Numbered from the stretch's first letter, positions 38,801-54,727 are shown. The stretch: 64,000 nucleotides of DNA from Ophelia neglecta (GCA_965285935.1 OZ260664.1:66960001-67024000), one strand, 5' to 3'. Numbers and translations: made by a program. The notes: a model not told the origin generated them from the letters alone.

Positions 38801-41800
38801 ATCTGGTGGAGCTTGTCAATGTACTGTGATTATTCATAAGTTAGACCCCTCTAGATCAAAGTTATGTCAGGTCATAACAAAATATGAGGTCCCTGTGGAT
38901 AGAAATGTGTTATCTTACTGTGAAGGTTTTTCCACCTACAAACAAGTATAATAACTTAGTTTCTGAAGGAGAACTTTACAGGTACATGTATCTGTACATG
39001 GGAAATACACTGTAGATATTAAATAGACTTAAAACTTTATGTAGTTAGATCTATTGAGGGTTCAAGAGATTCTATTGATCAATTGGTTGGGTGGTCTACA
39101 GAAATGATCACATCTTTCATCAGTAAACAGACATTTGGTGAAACGATATGCTATCAGGTTTACTTCTGACAGACAAAAGACAATCTGTCTGCACTTTAAG
39201 GCATAGCCTGTCACCAATTTGATTGTCTGCTAAAAAACTATTTAGGTGCCATTGGATTTCATTTCAACACAGACTCCTCTGCCTCAACACTTGTACGTCT
39301 GTTGTCCCTATTTTTTATATCAAACACATAGTGGTGAGATGTAAAATTCAAACCAGTCTTCCTGGTCATTCTACAGAAGACTGACAAACTTTGATGTTCC
39401 TCTGGGTGATATCTCTAAACATGATAAAAAAATGATAGATTTTGAGATGTGTTGATGTATATCTCAGCATATTACATGTGCTGGTTTCTTATGATCCGGC
39501 GATGATCAGTGCATCCCCGACACATGCTAGCACGGTGACTGATATTGTCTTGGTTCATCTCAAAACGTGGCGCAAGACAAATTATCTGACAAGACTGCTG
39601 GTGCCGAGATATTCAAAGTGTGCTTGTTTTCTCAAGTGAAAATAATAACCCAGACTTGAGGGGCATCTTTGTGCGAGTTCTATCTCTTCATTTTACACCC
39701 CAGTGACCAGAAATGCAGCTGGACCATATGTTTATCTTGTGCTTGTATTTCTGGCATTTGCTAGACTCAGTTTCTGCCAAGGGCTCTTCAGACGGAGAGA
39801 AGCCATTGAGGCAATTGGATCCTGTGAGCATTGGTATCACTATGATAATCTCTCCATGTGGAATTCATAAAGCTAGTTTTGTCACAATTCTACAACAACA
39901 AAACAAAACTGTACCTGATTAAGATCACAAATCTCTGTATGGCACCAATCAAATATGAAAGGAGATATCTCGTGTGATCTAGCCAAATATAAGAAAAAAA
40001 AAATGCTGCAAATATATGATGGGTCAAATAAAAGTCATCCAGATATCTGTATACATCTCATTCTGTTGGCTTGTATTTGATTTTCAAATGCTGAAGACAA
40101 ACATGCTATGAGATAAAACTTGGTTATCCCTCTAACACTGCAGTCCTCATACAGACTGACAATTCAAGACTGATGCTAGTGAATCAAAGAGAAATAACCC
40201 CACCAATGAAAATATACAGAGTGTATTTCTAACATAAGCAGCCCCACGGGCTACTCATGTAAAGAACTCTCACATTGTCTGGTATTTATGCTGTGAAATG
40301 GTTGTGCTCACTCCCTGTTTTGCCAAGTTATTTGCTTAACTTCAGGGAATCTTAATTATGAATGGCCCAGCCCATTACAACTTTCCAGACATCCAGCCAA
40401 CACTTTGGGAAGTTTTCATGGCACACTGGGACTCCTTTCATTAAAATGGTGGTTATTAGGCGAGTGTACCACAGTAGTTGGTAAAACATTTACAAGTCTC
40501 GGATTACATTTTTTTTACCTTGAGCACACACCGAGAAGATACCAAATGTTCTCCAATATCTCTGGGTATAGTAATGGTCACAAGAGGGCAGAGGCAAGTC
40601 TCAAGTAGAGGATGTTTAGGAAAATGGAGCTTCCATGTTCAAGGGTGTAACACCAGGGCATGGCATTATGTAAGGTAACCTAACTAACCATGAAAGATAA
40701 CAAGTCTGGCAGCAGTTTGTGGTGCCAAGAAAAACAAAATGTCCCCCATCCTTCTTTTTAGTGTGAAATAAAGAGCACATATGAAAAAACTTAAAAGTTA
40801 AATGTCGCCAAAGCAGCTGATACTTCATTTAAAACCTATAGTTAAACATCACTTAGCATTCCTTGTATGTTATGCATGTTCATGTAGGTCGCAAACTGCC
40901 AAACCTCGAGCTGGAAAAAGGGAATATGAAATTTCAAGACAGGAGTTAGAAGGACATGGTTACCTCAAAGGACTCTTTCATAAAATATCCCCTAAGAGAG
41001 ATGAGTGTAAATTAATAGGCCAAGAAGTAAACGATAGGCCTGTCACATGAAGCATGCTTGTACATATTGACAGGCAAAAGGATGGGAAAGCAGATTCCTA
41101 ACCCTAAACATGCTCAAGTTATCCATTGGAGAGATTCTGTGGGCTAATAATGCCAGTGGGCTGATTATTTATTTATCAAACATCCACCCCATAATTGGCT
41201 CATTAAAGCACTGGGTAGGTGGCCAAAGACTGTGGATTCTTTCAAGTGGCCTGAGTAGAGATGACACCAAACAACAAACACGGAGATAATAACTAGATTA
41301 TTCAGCTAGGAGAATTAACAATTGTCAGTTTACAAATCCACAGATTCTTTGAAGCATGCACTTACTATGTACACAAGTTAGAAGTCTGGATATATGCAAG
41401 GAAAATATACAAATTCAACCTGCCAAAGCCAGACTCCTGCAAAGGGCCTTCAGGCAAATTTTGCCACCCAAAACCAAAACGCTACGGCTGTCTGATAAGA
41501 TTAAAGGGGCTCAGAATCTCTGCCCTCTGACTTATGGCAGCACCTTTTTGACTCTAGAGGGCAGAAAGTCCAGTAAACACCAAACTCCAGGTCATTTCGG
41601 ACTTCAAAACAATTCTTGCAGACGCAACATACAACACTTGACCGCAAACAAGGCAGAACCAGACTTACTCCAAATGGTGCTGCAGGAATGTCAAAGTCAA
41701 CTCTACATCTAGTGAGCTGTGAAAACCACCCTTTACTGAGAAACTACTAGAATTCAATATCTAACTGTTTCAAGCATTCCCCTTAATATCAAACCCTAGC

Positions 41801-44800
41801 ATAATTTTAAAATACTAAGATGGGTAAATCCTGACACCTACATACACCCTATTAAATCCACAATATAACAAAACATCTCTCTCATCCACCGGTAAAACTG
41901 GTAAATTCTCGTGATGCTGTACTCTCATTATCAGAGGTCATAAGACAGGCTGTTCAAACATTATCATTAAATATAAGTTACCTGAGATACATCCATGTGT
42001 ATTAATATTTCGCAATGGAAATATTCTGCTTGCATGTCAAAGTATTCTCACAAAAACTATTCTTTACCAAAAACCTTTCAGTTTAAGAATTTTATGCTCA
42101 CCATTATGATTTTAATTTGGCACTGCCTCTAAGAATCTCTGGTCAACAAAAATTCAGTTCTTCAGTTAGGGAATTCACAGAAATTCTGGAAAAAACACAA
42201 TAGATGTCTGTTTGACAAAGCATCACAATGAAAAGTGTTGAGAGGAGTTTGAACAGCCCTGGCACTGAGCACACCACACGCTTCCTGCCCAGTTCTGGGG
42301 TGGACAGGCAGGGGCAGGCGGTGGCTTTCAACCTAGCACGATCCACACACAACTTCATCCTTTAATAGACCATTCAGATACACTGCACACAGCAAATAAA
42401 GCTTTTAAATCCCAAAGTTTATTTGCATGTGACTGAAAGAGGATTGTGAAAGCTGATCACCTAGTGGACAATCCTGGAGGTAAATTCTCGATAGTTTTCA
42501 TTATTGTTATTCTAATACCACCTGATGATCTCCAAAAAGGTACATGCCATGCTCAAAAGAGCAGCGTGGCATTTTACCACAGTTCACAAATTGTAAATAA
42601 GTATAGAAATTGCCTCATTGATTGGGACAGAGGCAAAACACTTTGAACAAGGTGAATCGATGAGCACTGCCCATGATGTGACAAGAAACAAAAACTGGTC
42701 GCATGTGAATTAGATAGTAAAATGGAGGCATGCTGTAAGGAGAATATCCAAACATCACATGTTGAATTCAGACACACTGTGAAGCTGACAGTTGATTGAG
42801 AAGTTTACTTATTCTATCAGGTAGTTATTTAGCTATCATGTGTTAATTCTAAAGGCAAGCAGATCCCCGAGTTCTAAAGTGTGCCAACAACACCCCAAGT
42901 GGGCAAAGTAATTACACCACTCGCCTTTCATCGGTCATGGACGATTATGAACATTTGCACAAAAGTTGTATGAAACAAATTTCTAATTTTCTGAAACCAA
43001 ACTCTTTGTCAAGGCAGCATCATGGAACAAATACAATAAATTATTATCAGTGATTATATCACTATGGTTCATGATTCAATGCATTTCCATTTAAAACATA
43101 AATACTTGTAGAAAAAATGTTGGTGAAAAGATGAAAAAGAAGCATTTTTTTCTGGATTCATTGGTTGGTCATGCTCATAATTCATATGTATACATTCAAT
43201 AAGAAGAAAGATATACTCGGTCAACATGAAAATAGTATTGATGTCTTTTAAGTAGGCATAATACCACTACTGGATCATATGCTGTATCTGGACGCAAACT
43301 TCAACCTCTCTCCATTATCTAAATAAGCATGGCAAACTTGTCTTTTGAAACTGAACACGTCTGATTGATTTCCACAAAGAAAAGGAAAAGAAATGGTAAA
43401 TCTAGCAGAATGTATACTCACTCTTATTGATATGATATCCAGAGTGCTGTAGATAGCTATCATACAAGTGATTGCCAGGAGATATAACTGAGGTTAGCTG
43501 ATGACCACCCGGATGGCCTGCTAACTAGCAAATCTACATCCTATGCTTCATATGTATGTCCATGCTTATCATCAGTCAACCCAGAAATGAACTCTCCTCA
43601 AAGTCATTCTCCAGACTCCTTATCTCTTGTCCCCTGTGATTGTGATAATCATGCACAGCTGCCAGTCCATACCTCGAACTACTAGCCAAAGTCTCCCCAG
43701 AGAATCAACTGCTGGGCAACAACAGAAGGATACTCTGATGCTGAAGGGCGGTTGATCTAAGTAAACATGGCTGAGCAGGTTGATGGTTCCAGCAGATAGG
43801 CAGACGACTTCTCTGAGCAGAAGACCAGGGAATGAAGGATGATGTCAGATGGCGGGGAACCAATGACAAGTGCCGACACATGGAGGAGTGAAGAAGAGCC
43901 GCTTGGTCTAAGTAAGAAGCTTGGTGAAGATAGAATTATCACATTAGTTCAAGGCTGATTCATAGCTATTTCACTAAATGTACAGAAGAGATCACTTTAA
44001 CCAACTGGTATGGTAAATCTTTGCAAATCTGTCAGAGCATTCAATTTTTTGTTTGCCGACAAAGCTTCTACGCTATCAACACCTTTCATTTTTAATCAAT
44101 TTAGAAATACACTATCTTATAAAGTTGAGTGACAAAAATAACTTGCCAGGTGTAATTTAATACAAATTTCTATGATATTTATGATGAAATATTGTGGATA
44201 TTAGAATCGTGACTCAACTGTACGGAATCATCTGTCGAAATAATGATGAAATAAAATACTTGCTCTTCAAATCGCTATGAAAAGAGTCAAAGCCTTATTT
44301 AATTTGAAAGGGTTCAGTTTACTTGTGTGTTGGAGAGTGTGAGGTTACTGTGGAGGCCATTACAGTGTGTTTCAGAGCTATCTGGTGATAGGCACTCCCT
44401 GTGACCTATCAACACACAACTCTCAAGCATAAACATGTTCTTAATCTCTTGAACTGGTTCACCAATTTACATGGAAAAGCTACCAATTAAACAACACTCT
44501 ACAGCAATTTTCCCATCAAATCTGAAAATTGGTTAAGTTGTAGCACTCTTTTCGACACAGCACAGGCTCAGTTATAAACACGGTAGGCAGCAAATTGTCA
44601 TCTACAAACCCTGAAAACATTAGACTCAATTGGAAACTGAGAATGTGACATTCTTCTTTAAGTAAACTTTTTGGCAAGATGTCCTTCATTTTCTTACTTT
44701 ATTTGACCATAAGTGACCCCAAATGAAAAACAGACTGAAAACAGGCTCTGATTATTGACAGGTTCTTCAACATTAGATGCTGTTTATCACCAGAGTATAG

Positions 44801-47800
44801 GGTTTCTGATAGCGCTTGATAATGCTGTATTACAATCTGTGTTTTGACCTCAAGAATATGTTTTGGCCAATTTTTCCAAATTAAACGTATTATAATGGCT
44901 GCAATACCCTGTGCCTCATTTGTCACTGTCCAAGTTGAGTGACTGCACTGCATGTATTCATAACCATAAACTACACACCTTTTAATTACAAACTACAAAC
45001 TACACACCTATTAATTACAAACTGTTTTAAGCATACAAAGGCCTTTATTAATTTTTCCTAAACAATGCTTTTATGATGAGCGATCAATGTCTCAAACCAA
45101 TAAAAGGTGTCTTGTTATGAGTAAAATATTGGATATTTGGACATTTTTAGTATCTAAATGCAATATACAATGTCAAGTGATAACTCAGTAGCTGACACTA
45201 TGTATAATTACTTGATACTTAAAAAATACTCGGTGTAACTATTGTTTAAGAGTCTTGGAACATGCATGCAATAGTTCAATAGGTGGTGACTAAATAGATA
45301 AATGTCAAGGCTCAGCCGTTTGGTACAGCTGATATTATTTAAAGTATACATTTTGCAGAGAAGTCTGGTAGTAGAAGATAAGATTATTAAGAAACTAGGA
45401 AAATACTGCAGTACCAAAATGACCAGAAGAATCTTTGTATTGAAATCGATGCTTGCCATATGATTTGAGAAGGGGTGAAAGGAGCAGCAGATCCCGGCAG
45501 ACCTGGCCCCCTGCCACGTCCAGTTAGCCATGACCCATCAGACTCGGATAGAGGCCCACAGGGCACCAGACATCAGCCTCTACAATCCCTTCTGTCATCT
45601 GCCAGGACACGTGCCTCTGGGCTGGACACGCTGGCTGACCACCATGGCTGGCCACAACTGACCATTTCTTGAAGCAGACAATACCATGGGCACAAAGATG
45701 ATCTCCCCAGCGAGCCACTCTAAACACCCAGGGAGAGCTGAAGGCAATTAGGTGTATTCTGGGCCAAACTCTGACTATAATCATGCAAATGTCAGTTTGG
45801 TTTGTCAATATCATGTGTTTAAATTCCAGCAGTCCATCACATTATTATTCATAATGGCATGTTCACTAATGGCAGTAGATTTAGTCTCATTTTTCACTCT
45901 AGTAACTCTTAACATTTATCACACTGTTTATTCTTATCAATTGGTTCATGGCTGCACATATTTATCCAGGAGGGTAAAACAAAATAACGGTTTATTTGCA
46001 TGGCACACCAAGAGGTTGTTCACTTTATAACATAGCCCCCTCCCTTCTCAATAATCACAGCCATGAGCTTTCTCCCAGAAAGTTTAGGGGTCAGTAACAA
46101 AACAACCACAAAGAAAACAAGGCCCTCTGTCCCAGCTGTTCCTTGGGTGATAAGAGCTCTGTCCAGGTAATTTCAGGGAACCCAAAACTCTAGATAACTC
46201 ACGTGGCCAGGAAATTCACACACAGGACGGATGACCAGGATAGATGGTAAAGAAGTTAACGATGGTCTGGTCAGTCTCCTCACTGGTCATCAAAAATACC
46301 TGAGAGAGAAAGGTATGGGCAATCAGAGGCGATGAAGCCTTCCAGCAATATTAGTAATTATTTACCAGATCACATTACACCACTCTGCCCGGAGGGATAA
46401 TTTATTTTACTGTGTTTTCAACAGTGAATGCTCACCAATATATCTTTCAACACTTTACAGAAACAATGACAAATATGTTCATGATCCCCAAAATATTGGT
46501 CTGTAAGAGAAATCACTTATAAAAAATAGTTTTGTTTGAGGATGAGAAATTGCCAGTGTTGCTGGACAGGGTTAGATGTATCCCCACTTTGGTCGTTGAC
46601 AATGGAGCCGTCTGCTGTAGTCTGGGCAGATAAGCAGACATAGTCTTCATTCCATTACAGATTGGATGGGAGAACCTAATAATGGCAATGATTGATGCCA
46701 GAGCCTCACCACTCAGATGCCTTTCTACAGGACTGTCAGCAGGAGAACCCTGCTGCATTTTTATGCCAGTTATTTCAAAGATAGCAGAAGTCAACCTGGG
46801 TGAAGTAATTTACAAATTCAATATATTTATACACAGGTGAATGTAAGCAGGCACATGAATGTGAAATATCACATTCAAAGGTGTTCTTACACCCTGTACT
46901 TGATTCAGTTTTACCCAAATAATAACATGCTCTGGGGAACAAAAATCATTTTTCCTCATTACAGATGATGATTTGAGTGGCGTGAAATTTATCATTATAG
47001 ACTCATCAGAAGACTACATGTGCGTTATTTCTAAGAGTGTGAGGAGAGACTACAGGTGTAGGTCTGAGATCACCTCCAATTGAACAAGATTTATAGTCAA
47101 GAAGTTATAGTCCACCTTGAAGATTCTTCCGAACAGCAGAGAGACATTTGCTATCGAAGAATGATGATTTTCTGAGCAAAATATGACAGACTGTGATAAT
47201 TCTGTCAAATTACTGCAGGATAATTGTACTACAGAGTTCCCTGTCTGTATAAACTCTCAACCGGGTGCTGGCCGATGGGCTGTCAAGTTATCTTTTGAGC
47301 TATGACTACAAATTAATATATGGCTGCAGGGGAAAGCAAAATATCATAGATAATGCTGGCCACCTATGTATGATTGATTCCAGCGTCTGAAGCTGATATT
47401 TCTTTTGACTATACTGAAAGAAAACAATAAGGCAGGACATATTTCATTCCTATCAGCACAATGTAAATTTATGATTGGATAAGGCATCATATTCTGTCCT
47501 GCAGACCATTGGGTGGATTTCAGGCTGTCCTCCCGTCCAATTTTATATCTAAGGATAAACCATCTTGTGTTGGGATAATAAGAGTTTGGGACTCATGATG
47601 ATATATATCTAATCAGAAATTAATGTTTAAAAGGTAACCACATAATGTTTTGAGACCCCTAGGGAGTCAGTTGCTGGTCTGCAATCGAAAGAAAAACATA
47701 TCAGTCAACGCCATCAGTCAACCACCCATTAACAAAACTACCAACAAGATGGCTGACTCATTAGGCAAGTGTGTTAATGAGTCTTGAAAAATCACCACTC

Positions 47801-50140
47801 AGTTCTTAAACATTTCTTATACAAACTGTAGTGAAAAATGCACACAATTGCTGAGAGAGTTTTCTCTGGAAATCTACAACCTCACAACCGTACTACAAGG
47901 AGAACATTAAAACCTCCTGAACTGACAACCGAACACACCAGATCAAAGACTTTTATCTACGGTGATGCTTTGGACTATCTTACAGGATTATCTGGTAATC
48001 CACGGGCTCTACTGATGCACAAGGAGAGCATCTGAAGGTAATAATCTGTCGTGCGGAGCAGATTACCAGCAAAGGGGTCTGGCCTTGCAGGTAGTGTTCT
48101 GTAAAAGTGGGGTCAGAGAGGAAGCACATCAAAGCTGTTCAATGCTCCACAGGTTGGCTCTGTGGTCCCAAAATCAAATCCTCCATATGAAAAAAGTCAT
48201 TTTGATATTAGCAAACTGCATATTACATAAAAGTTGCTTTTCTGGGAGTTAGATAAGAACAGCCCTAGAAATGAAACATGATCTCAATTTGCAGTCAAAT
48301 CAACAAATAAACCCTGCTTGGTAATCTTCTTATCTTTTTAGAAAGTTTTTGTAATGATTCTGACTCATCACACAATTCACAATTATAATCTGGGAGTCTG
48401 ACCCTTGTCTCCAAGAATCAGTCCCATTTTGCTTTCGTTCTCCAGGTAGAACAGACCCACTGCCAAGTGATGAGCTGTTGTCACTTTGTGTGGTAGGAGA
48501 TACTCAACTGATACATGAAGTGACAAAGGCAGGCTGATACCCAGTCTCCAGGAGGAGTGTGGGATACTGGACACCACCTGATTCAGTGGAGGGGAAATGA
48601 AGGCTCCAACTTGCTATCTGGCTGCCAAGATTTCTGTTTAAAAGCTGGTCACATCAAACCACACTGAGAACACAGATTAGATATACTGAACATTCCTCCA
48701 TTCTCCTTCAGTGAACACAGATGGAAGATATTATGCTGCCTTTTATATTTTGAAAAAAATATACAAAAGGCACATTTTAAAGACCGAGACCATCTCTTAC
48801 TGCTTAAGATTGAGAAGTCTCCTGCTAACTGTACATGACAAATCACATGAAAAACTTAAAAATAGGAACATTATTTTTTCTTGAACATCATGCCACACTT
48901 AGTTCAAACAAATTGTCTTCATATTTTGCTTTTCCCTAAGGACATGATTGACTTAAAACTAAATTGCTAAAGACTTGAACAAATTGGCCATTAGCTAAAT
49001 GGATTATAAACAACTTTAATGAGGTTTTTACTATAAATATCTAAATCAAAAGCACTACATTATATGTACATATATACAGATAGGATCATCTTCAAAGAAC
49101 AACTATTATTCTGAAAATACTAGTCATAAAAATACAGGTTAGTATTAAAAAATATCAGTACACCATATAGTAAGCCATTCACAAAGATGCAGTCCCAGTT
49201 ACTATTTTATTGGTAGAGATGATTTGAGTTTTCTTAGAGCTAACCTAAAATGATGAAATGAAACATTTATTCTGTAACTCTGTACATGTAAGGGGAGATT
49301 ATTGTGATAGACTTGGGTTCATCCTACCTGGAATCAATTAGCCACCCATGCCTGTAGCTTATTAACATTGTGTTAACTTATTAATTACAATTCTGTTTGA
49401 TGAAGCATAGCAAGTCTCCCATAAAGTCTTAATTTGAAAGGAGACACAAGACCAAGGCCCCCACCAACCTCACCCCGCCCAAGGAATGTCAGTACATTTA
49501 GAACTATGCCCGCGGGCACCATGGCAGAAATAGAGCAAGGCACCACATCTGAGTAAGCATCCTTCACAGTCAAGTCAATTATAGTAACATTAAATCACCA
49601 GAATGAACTATTAGTTAATATAAACCATGCAGGTTTATCCAGAAGAACCTGAAGCTATGAAGAACTATCATTTATTCAGAAATGCCTAAGGAATTGGATT
49701 TACAAAACAACTTGATAGCTTACCAATACAGCTAGAAGGTTAAAATAACTTCTCTAGAGCCAATTATTTAAGATTACTGACAACACACTATTCCTATTAC
49801 TGAGTTTTAACTTGACAGTGATGGTTAATTATAATAACTATCAGTTAGCATGATTACCAGTTTGTTTGCTTAACAAGTGAGATAAAAGGAAGCAAAATAT
49901 AATTCCAAAATATTTACAATAATGAGCACCTTTCTCAGTTGAGTTTTGAAAGAGCAAGGACATTCTAAAGTTCACACATGGAACTTGACAAACAGTGTGC
50001 ATTGATCCCAAACTAATGAAATGGCAGAATGATACGGAAGGATAATAAAATACCTCATATCCCGAGGCTGTCATATGTACAAGAGATTTGAAGGGATCAG
50101 TACATGGTTGGCAGGCTTGCCCCAGGCTGATATACATGGC

Positions 50141-50437
50141 ATGGCAGGCTGCTGAGGGTCTGGGAGGGGTGGATTATGGCAGGCTGGGGAGGGTCTGGGA
50201 GGGGTGGATTATGGCAGGCTGGGGAGGGTCTGAGAGGGGTGGATTATAGCAGGCTGGGGAGGGTCTGGGAGGGAGGGTCTGAAAGGGGTGGATCATGGCC
50301 AGTTCAGGGGGGACTGTGAGGGGTGATTATGGAAGGTTGGGGAGGGTCTGGGAGGGGTAGATTATGGCAGGCTGGTGAGGGTCTGTGAGGGGGGATCATG
50401 GAAGGCTGGGGAGAGTCTGAGAGTGGCGGATCATGGC
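50141..50437 (+). repeat. G-rich 35-bp minisatellite, about 8 copies (ggattatggcaggctggggagggtctgggaggggt)
   Basis: Directly visible period of 35 (ggattatggc at 50171 and 50206). Copies degenerate towards the right end. Confidence 0.9.
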
Positions 50438-53400
50438 TCTGCTGGTATTGTACTGCCCCAAGCTTAAGTCTTCATCGCCCTCACTAGAGGAGGCTCCAAG
50501 ATTCAGCCTAGATCAGCTCCAGAGGAGGAGGAAGAAGGGATGATACAACTCAGTAAACAGAGACACAGAGGAGGGGCCAGAAAATACACCCCACCTGGTG
50601 ACACACCCTGTAATGAGGAAAGGTGGAAAGGCTAATACCTGATCATGATAGGCTGCTAAAACTGGCTGAGCTTCAGATGCAGTTAGGCCTTTTCCAGAAA
50701 TAGTCCTTGGTGGATTGGTGATTTTTTGGATCCAACCCCCTCTCGACAGCTACCCCCATGAGCAGAACTGATCTGGTTGGACCCATGAGCAGAACTGACT
50801 GCTGTGAAGTTCAGCTGTCCAACAAGTTATGTTAAGCCTACATATTTACATATTGAAATACATAGAAAAATAGGAGGCTAGGCATGTCCTACTTTCCACT
50901 TAAAAACAAAATGTCCAGAAACTTGTGGAAGACTGGGACCTATATGTACCATATACAAACAAAATGTTTCACTTAGCAGTTCTGATTAGCGGTAAGGTAA
51001 CACAGTCTCTTTCAAGACATGACCATGGAGGATGGCAAAGCGACCAGTCTTTCCGTACCATCAGGCAACGCCCCAACACCCACCCTCCTCCCTGACACAT
51101 GGCATCCACCTGCCCTTGGACACGGAGAGGCGAATACCCAACCCCCCCTCCCCCCACCCCATTGGACAGAAAACAGTTACCCCCCTCCCCCTATCCCCCA
51201 GAGGAAGGATACATTCTGGAAAAGTCCTTTCTATTTGTAGTAATATAAAACCAAAATTGGTGAAGGGGTATGGTATGACCCATCCCCCCCCCAAGTGGCC
51301 AACCCCCCTAAATGGGACAATGAAAGACAGTGGGTGTCAAGGTGAAGAGGAGGAAGATTTTGTTAAAAAAAAATGTAACAAACATGTATTAGCTCTTGGC
51401 CTGGCATTAACACAGAAGACTGAGAATTAACACTGCAAGGATGCAAGCCAATCTAAAACTAAAGTCTAAGTGTGGTAAAAATAACATGACAACTGATTAG
51501 CAGTCAGATGAAATGCTAAAACCATATTGTTTGTGAGCTGTTTTGTGACATGCCGTAGGTGATAAACTTGCCGTGTGCTGAGACTATGGAGGAAGACTAT
51601 CTATATTTCTTTCAGAATATGAAAATGGTAAAATTTATGGGAACTAGTTATCATATTTCACTTAAAACGCAGCTGAAGACAGGTAGAAGATATCACTTGT
51701 CTTCTCGCAAACATGAAATACTCTTGATGAGTGTTCTTTATGAAGGAAGTTGTATTCTGATAACTGAGGTATAACATACCTAACTGTGAGCATTAATTTA
51801 CAAAATGATATCATTTTACATGATTTAATATCACACTGCATTTCTGTGCAATCACCTGTCTAGAACATAATATAATTTGCGTATAACTTGATCATCTGGT
51901 GAAATAGCAAACTCCAAATTGCATACATTCTCCGTGAGATGATGAAGGCCGACTCACAGGTAATTTGAAGTCATCAATCAAAGAACAACTAGGGATGTGA
52001 GGGAGGATGAGACCAGGAGACAGGACTAATCAGAAGGCTCACCTGGCTTGGAGCAATCCGAGTAATCAGGACTATATATCTCCCATCTACAAACAGCCAG
52101 GCCTTATTTAACAAGACATCAACTATTTACCGGTAGTCATGGATGGCAGACAATTAAACACAGTACAGCTAGTGATTTAAATTACAGTTAGGGGAATGAT
52201 TAAGATAATCATTGGTATTTGTTGGCACCTGGACCAGGGGCTTGGACCCATGGATAATAACAGACACAATGTATAAGATTACATTAGTGTGCGAAACTTA
52301 AATTATCTCTCTCTCCTGTTGTTGATCTGAGACAGATGGGCGATGACCGGGCCAATCACACACGCAGGTAGACATGTTATTTACCCGTGTCAGGTGAGTG
52401 TCACCCGGGAGGGGCCACAAATAACAGGCAATTTGAAATATTGCTACTTTCTAATTTGGCCACAATGAAATCAAAGGCCAGAAATAACATGGCCTAAGGC
52501 CAAAATGTTTTAATAAACTGTGTTTCATTGCACCTTTCTCAGTTCAGGCTGAGATTAATGATCTCTAGTGAAAACCACAAGCAGAAGTTCAGTCTGAGGT
52601 TCTGCACAAGACGGCAGATACAGTACTGGGGATATTGTGAGGAAACTGATGATAAATAGTCTTAGATCAGAGAGCAAATGTGGACAGCATTCACCGGTGG
52701 CTTTAATATACCACAAACCTATCTGATTTGTAATCTCATAGCTAAAAAAATATGTACTGGTTACCTAATGATGCTGTTCTTAGCTGACAGATCCCTACAT
52801 CGCCCAACAGCCAGCTTGGTCATTTGACAAGGCCCCAAGGGCAGGATTTTTCACTTCCACGCCTTCCCACCAAAGCGCCATTTTTCTTTAGTGTGACTGG
52901 ACTTTTAAATGACAGGCATTCGGGCCTTCAACTGATAGGCTTAGAAGTAGCTTCTGAATGTGCAGGAATAGGGTGAAATAATATTGTCTTTCTTCCATGG
53001 ACCAGTGATTTTTTTGACAAATACACAAGAGCATGAAGTGCTTAGCCATGAGGCTGCATGCGATCAGGCTACCTCTGAATGCTGCAAACTTCAAAAGAGA
53101 TGTCTGATGGAAACGTAAATGGTTAGACACATGTTTGTTTTCACACGGGAGAAAACAAGACACTTGTCCTATGATTAAAATACACTTAGGGTGGAACAGA
53201 CAGCAGTGCCATGGCTTCAAATGGCCTTCCAAACAGCTAACACACCATCGACTAAACAAGAGAAAAGAGAACTTTATTCATGTTCATGATTTGACTGAGC
53301 TTCTTTGCTTAGACATTTGACACTGATTGCAAGTAAAACCCTATCCCTTGTGAAATACAGATTTTGCTCTGCATAATGATACTCGTAATTTGCACAAATC

Positions 53401-54727
53401 ACCCTGATAAATGTATATACAATGGTTAGACAGTGCGAAAATTATTCAACGTTAGCATGCCAGTAGACTGGGTATTCACTAGCTGAATCTGACACTGTTT
53501 TGTAGAATGTGCAAACTTTTAGGTTAGAAAATTCTTTAAAAATAGTACCAAATTGTATGTGAATGCATATAATTCATGAAAACTTTAAAGTTTCTTACAT
53601 AAAGTATATTCACATCAAAGTTTGTATTTGAGATTGCCTCACTGATAATTAATGCTGAGCCATAAATTGAGATGACACTGCTGCCTGTATGACAACCGTT
53701 TGCCGCCCTTTCAGTTTTTAATCAGGCTTGGTCGTGTGGCCACACCTGAGCTGCTATGGCGCGTTAGTGCAGCAACCAGACAAGCCAGGCAGGTCTCTTT
53801 ATCAGCGGCCAGTCTCCTGGAAGACTAGCACACAATGGGAGGCTATCAATCCTAACATCATATTATATACCACACAAAAAAGACAAGTCCAGAATCCTAT
53901 TTGCCTCAGCAATATACAAGTATCAGTTCATTCATCAGAAGACAAAATATGGAAATTTCATACCTGTACTTATAAGATAAAATCATTAGTAAACTTGATG
54001 AAAAAATTGAATTGACTTAAAATACTAAATATGAGAAAATATATTTAAATTGGTCGTGCTAAAATCAGACATTTGAAACGACAAACTCGCATTTCAATCT
54101 CATGTTGACTGAAAATATTACAATCATGAAATTAATTATGTATCAAATTCAGAATTTTCTAAAGCGGATTGAAATGTTTCTTTCTTCCAGGGCAGAATTA
54201 TTACAAATTAACAATATTTTTTTCACGTGCTGTTTAGTGTCTTAGCAGCGATGCAAGGCCATACTAGTCATAATGGAATGATTCCCTGGCACATTTCACA
54301 ACAGGGACCACACAGTCAGGCCTTGTTTCAAGCAAAACCAAGAGAGAGGGTGGATATTTACAGTTTAGTTTTAACCATTTATATGTATCGGGCATTATGC
54401 GTAACAAAAATGTATTTGCAAATACATTTGGATCAGTTTTTATCAACCTTAACTGGTTCACCACCAATTTTTACACCAAATGAATTCCATTTACATGTTC
54501 CCGGTACTTGTATACTGCTGAGTTTATTTTATGTCAAAATGTTATTAACTTTGATTAAATGTATGGGTAACTTATTTGATAGGTAATGTGTTTACCTTCA
54601 TATAGAATATTCTGGCCATAGTAGCCATACTTTTTACACTACACCACGTAAACCCCAAACAACCACAACACTACTTGCATCTGTAGTTTGACATCATACT
54701 GCCAAGGGGACAACACATTGCAAATAA

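Noticed and set aside
51061-51294. RWMP in an intronic ORF as a CM2 (CWMP) exon
   Set aside because: It lies upstream of the ectodomain exon, lacks GHSD and the Cys, and sits in low-complexity G-rich sequence.
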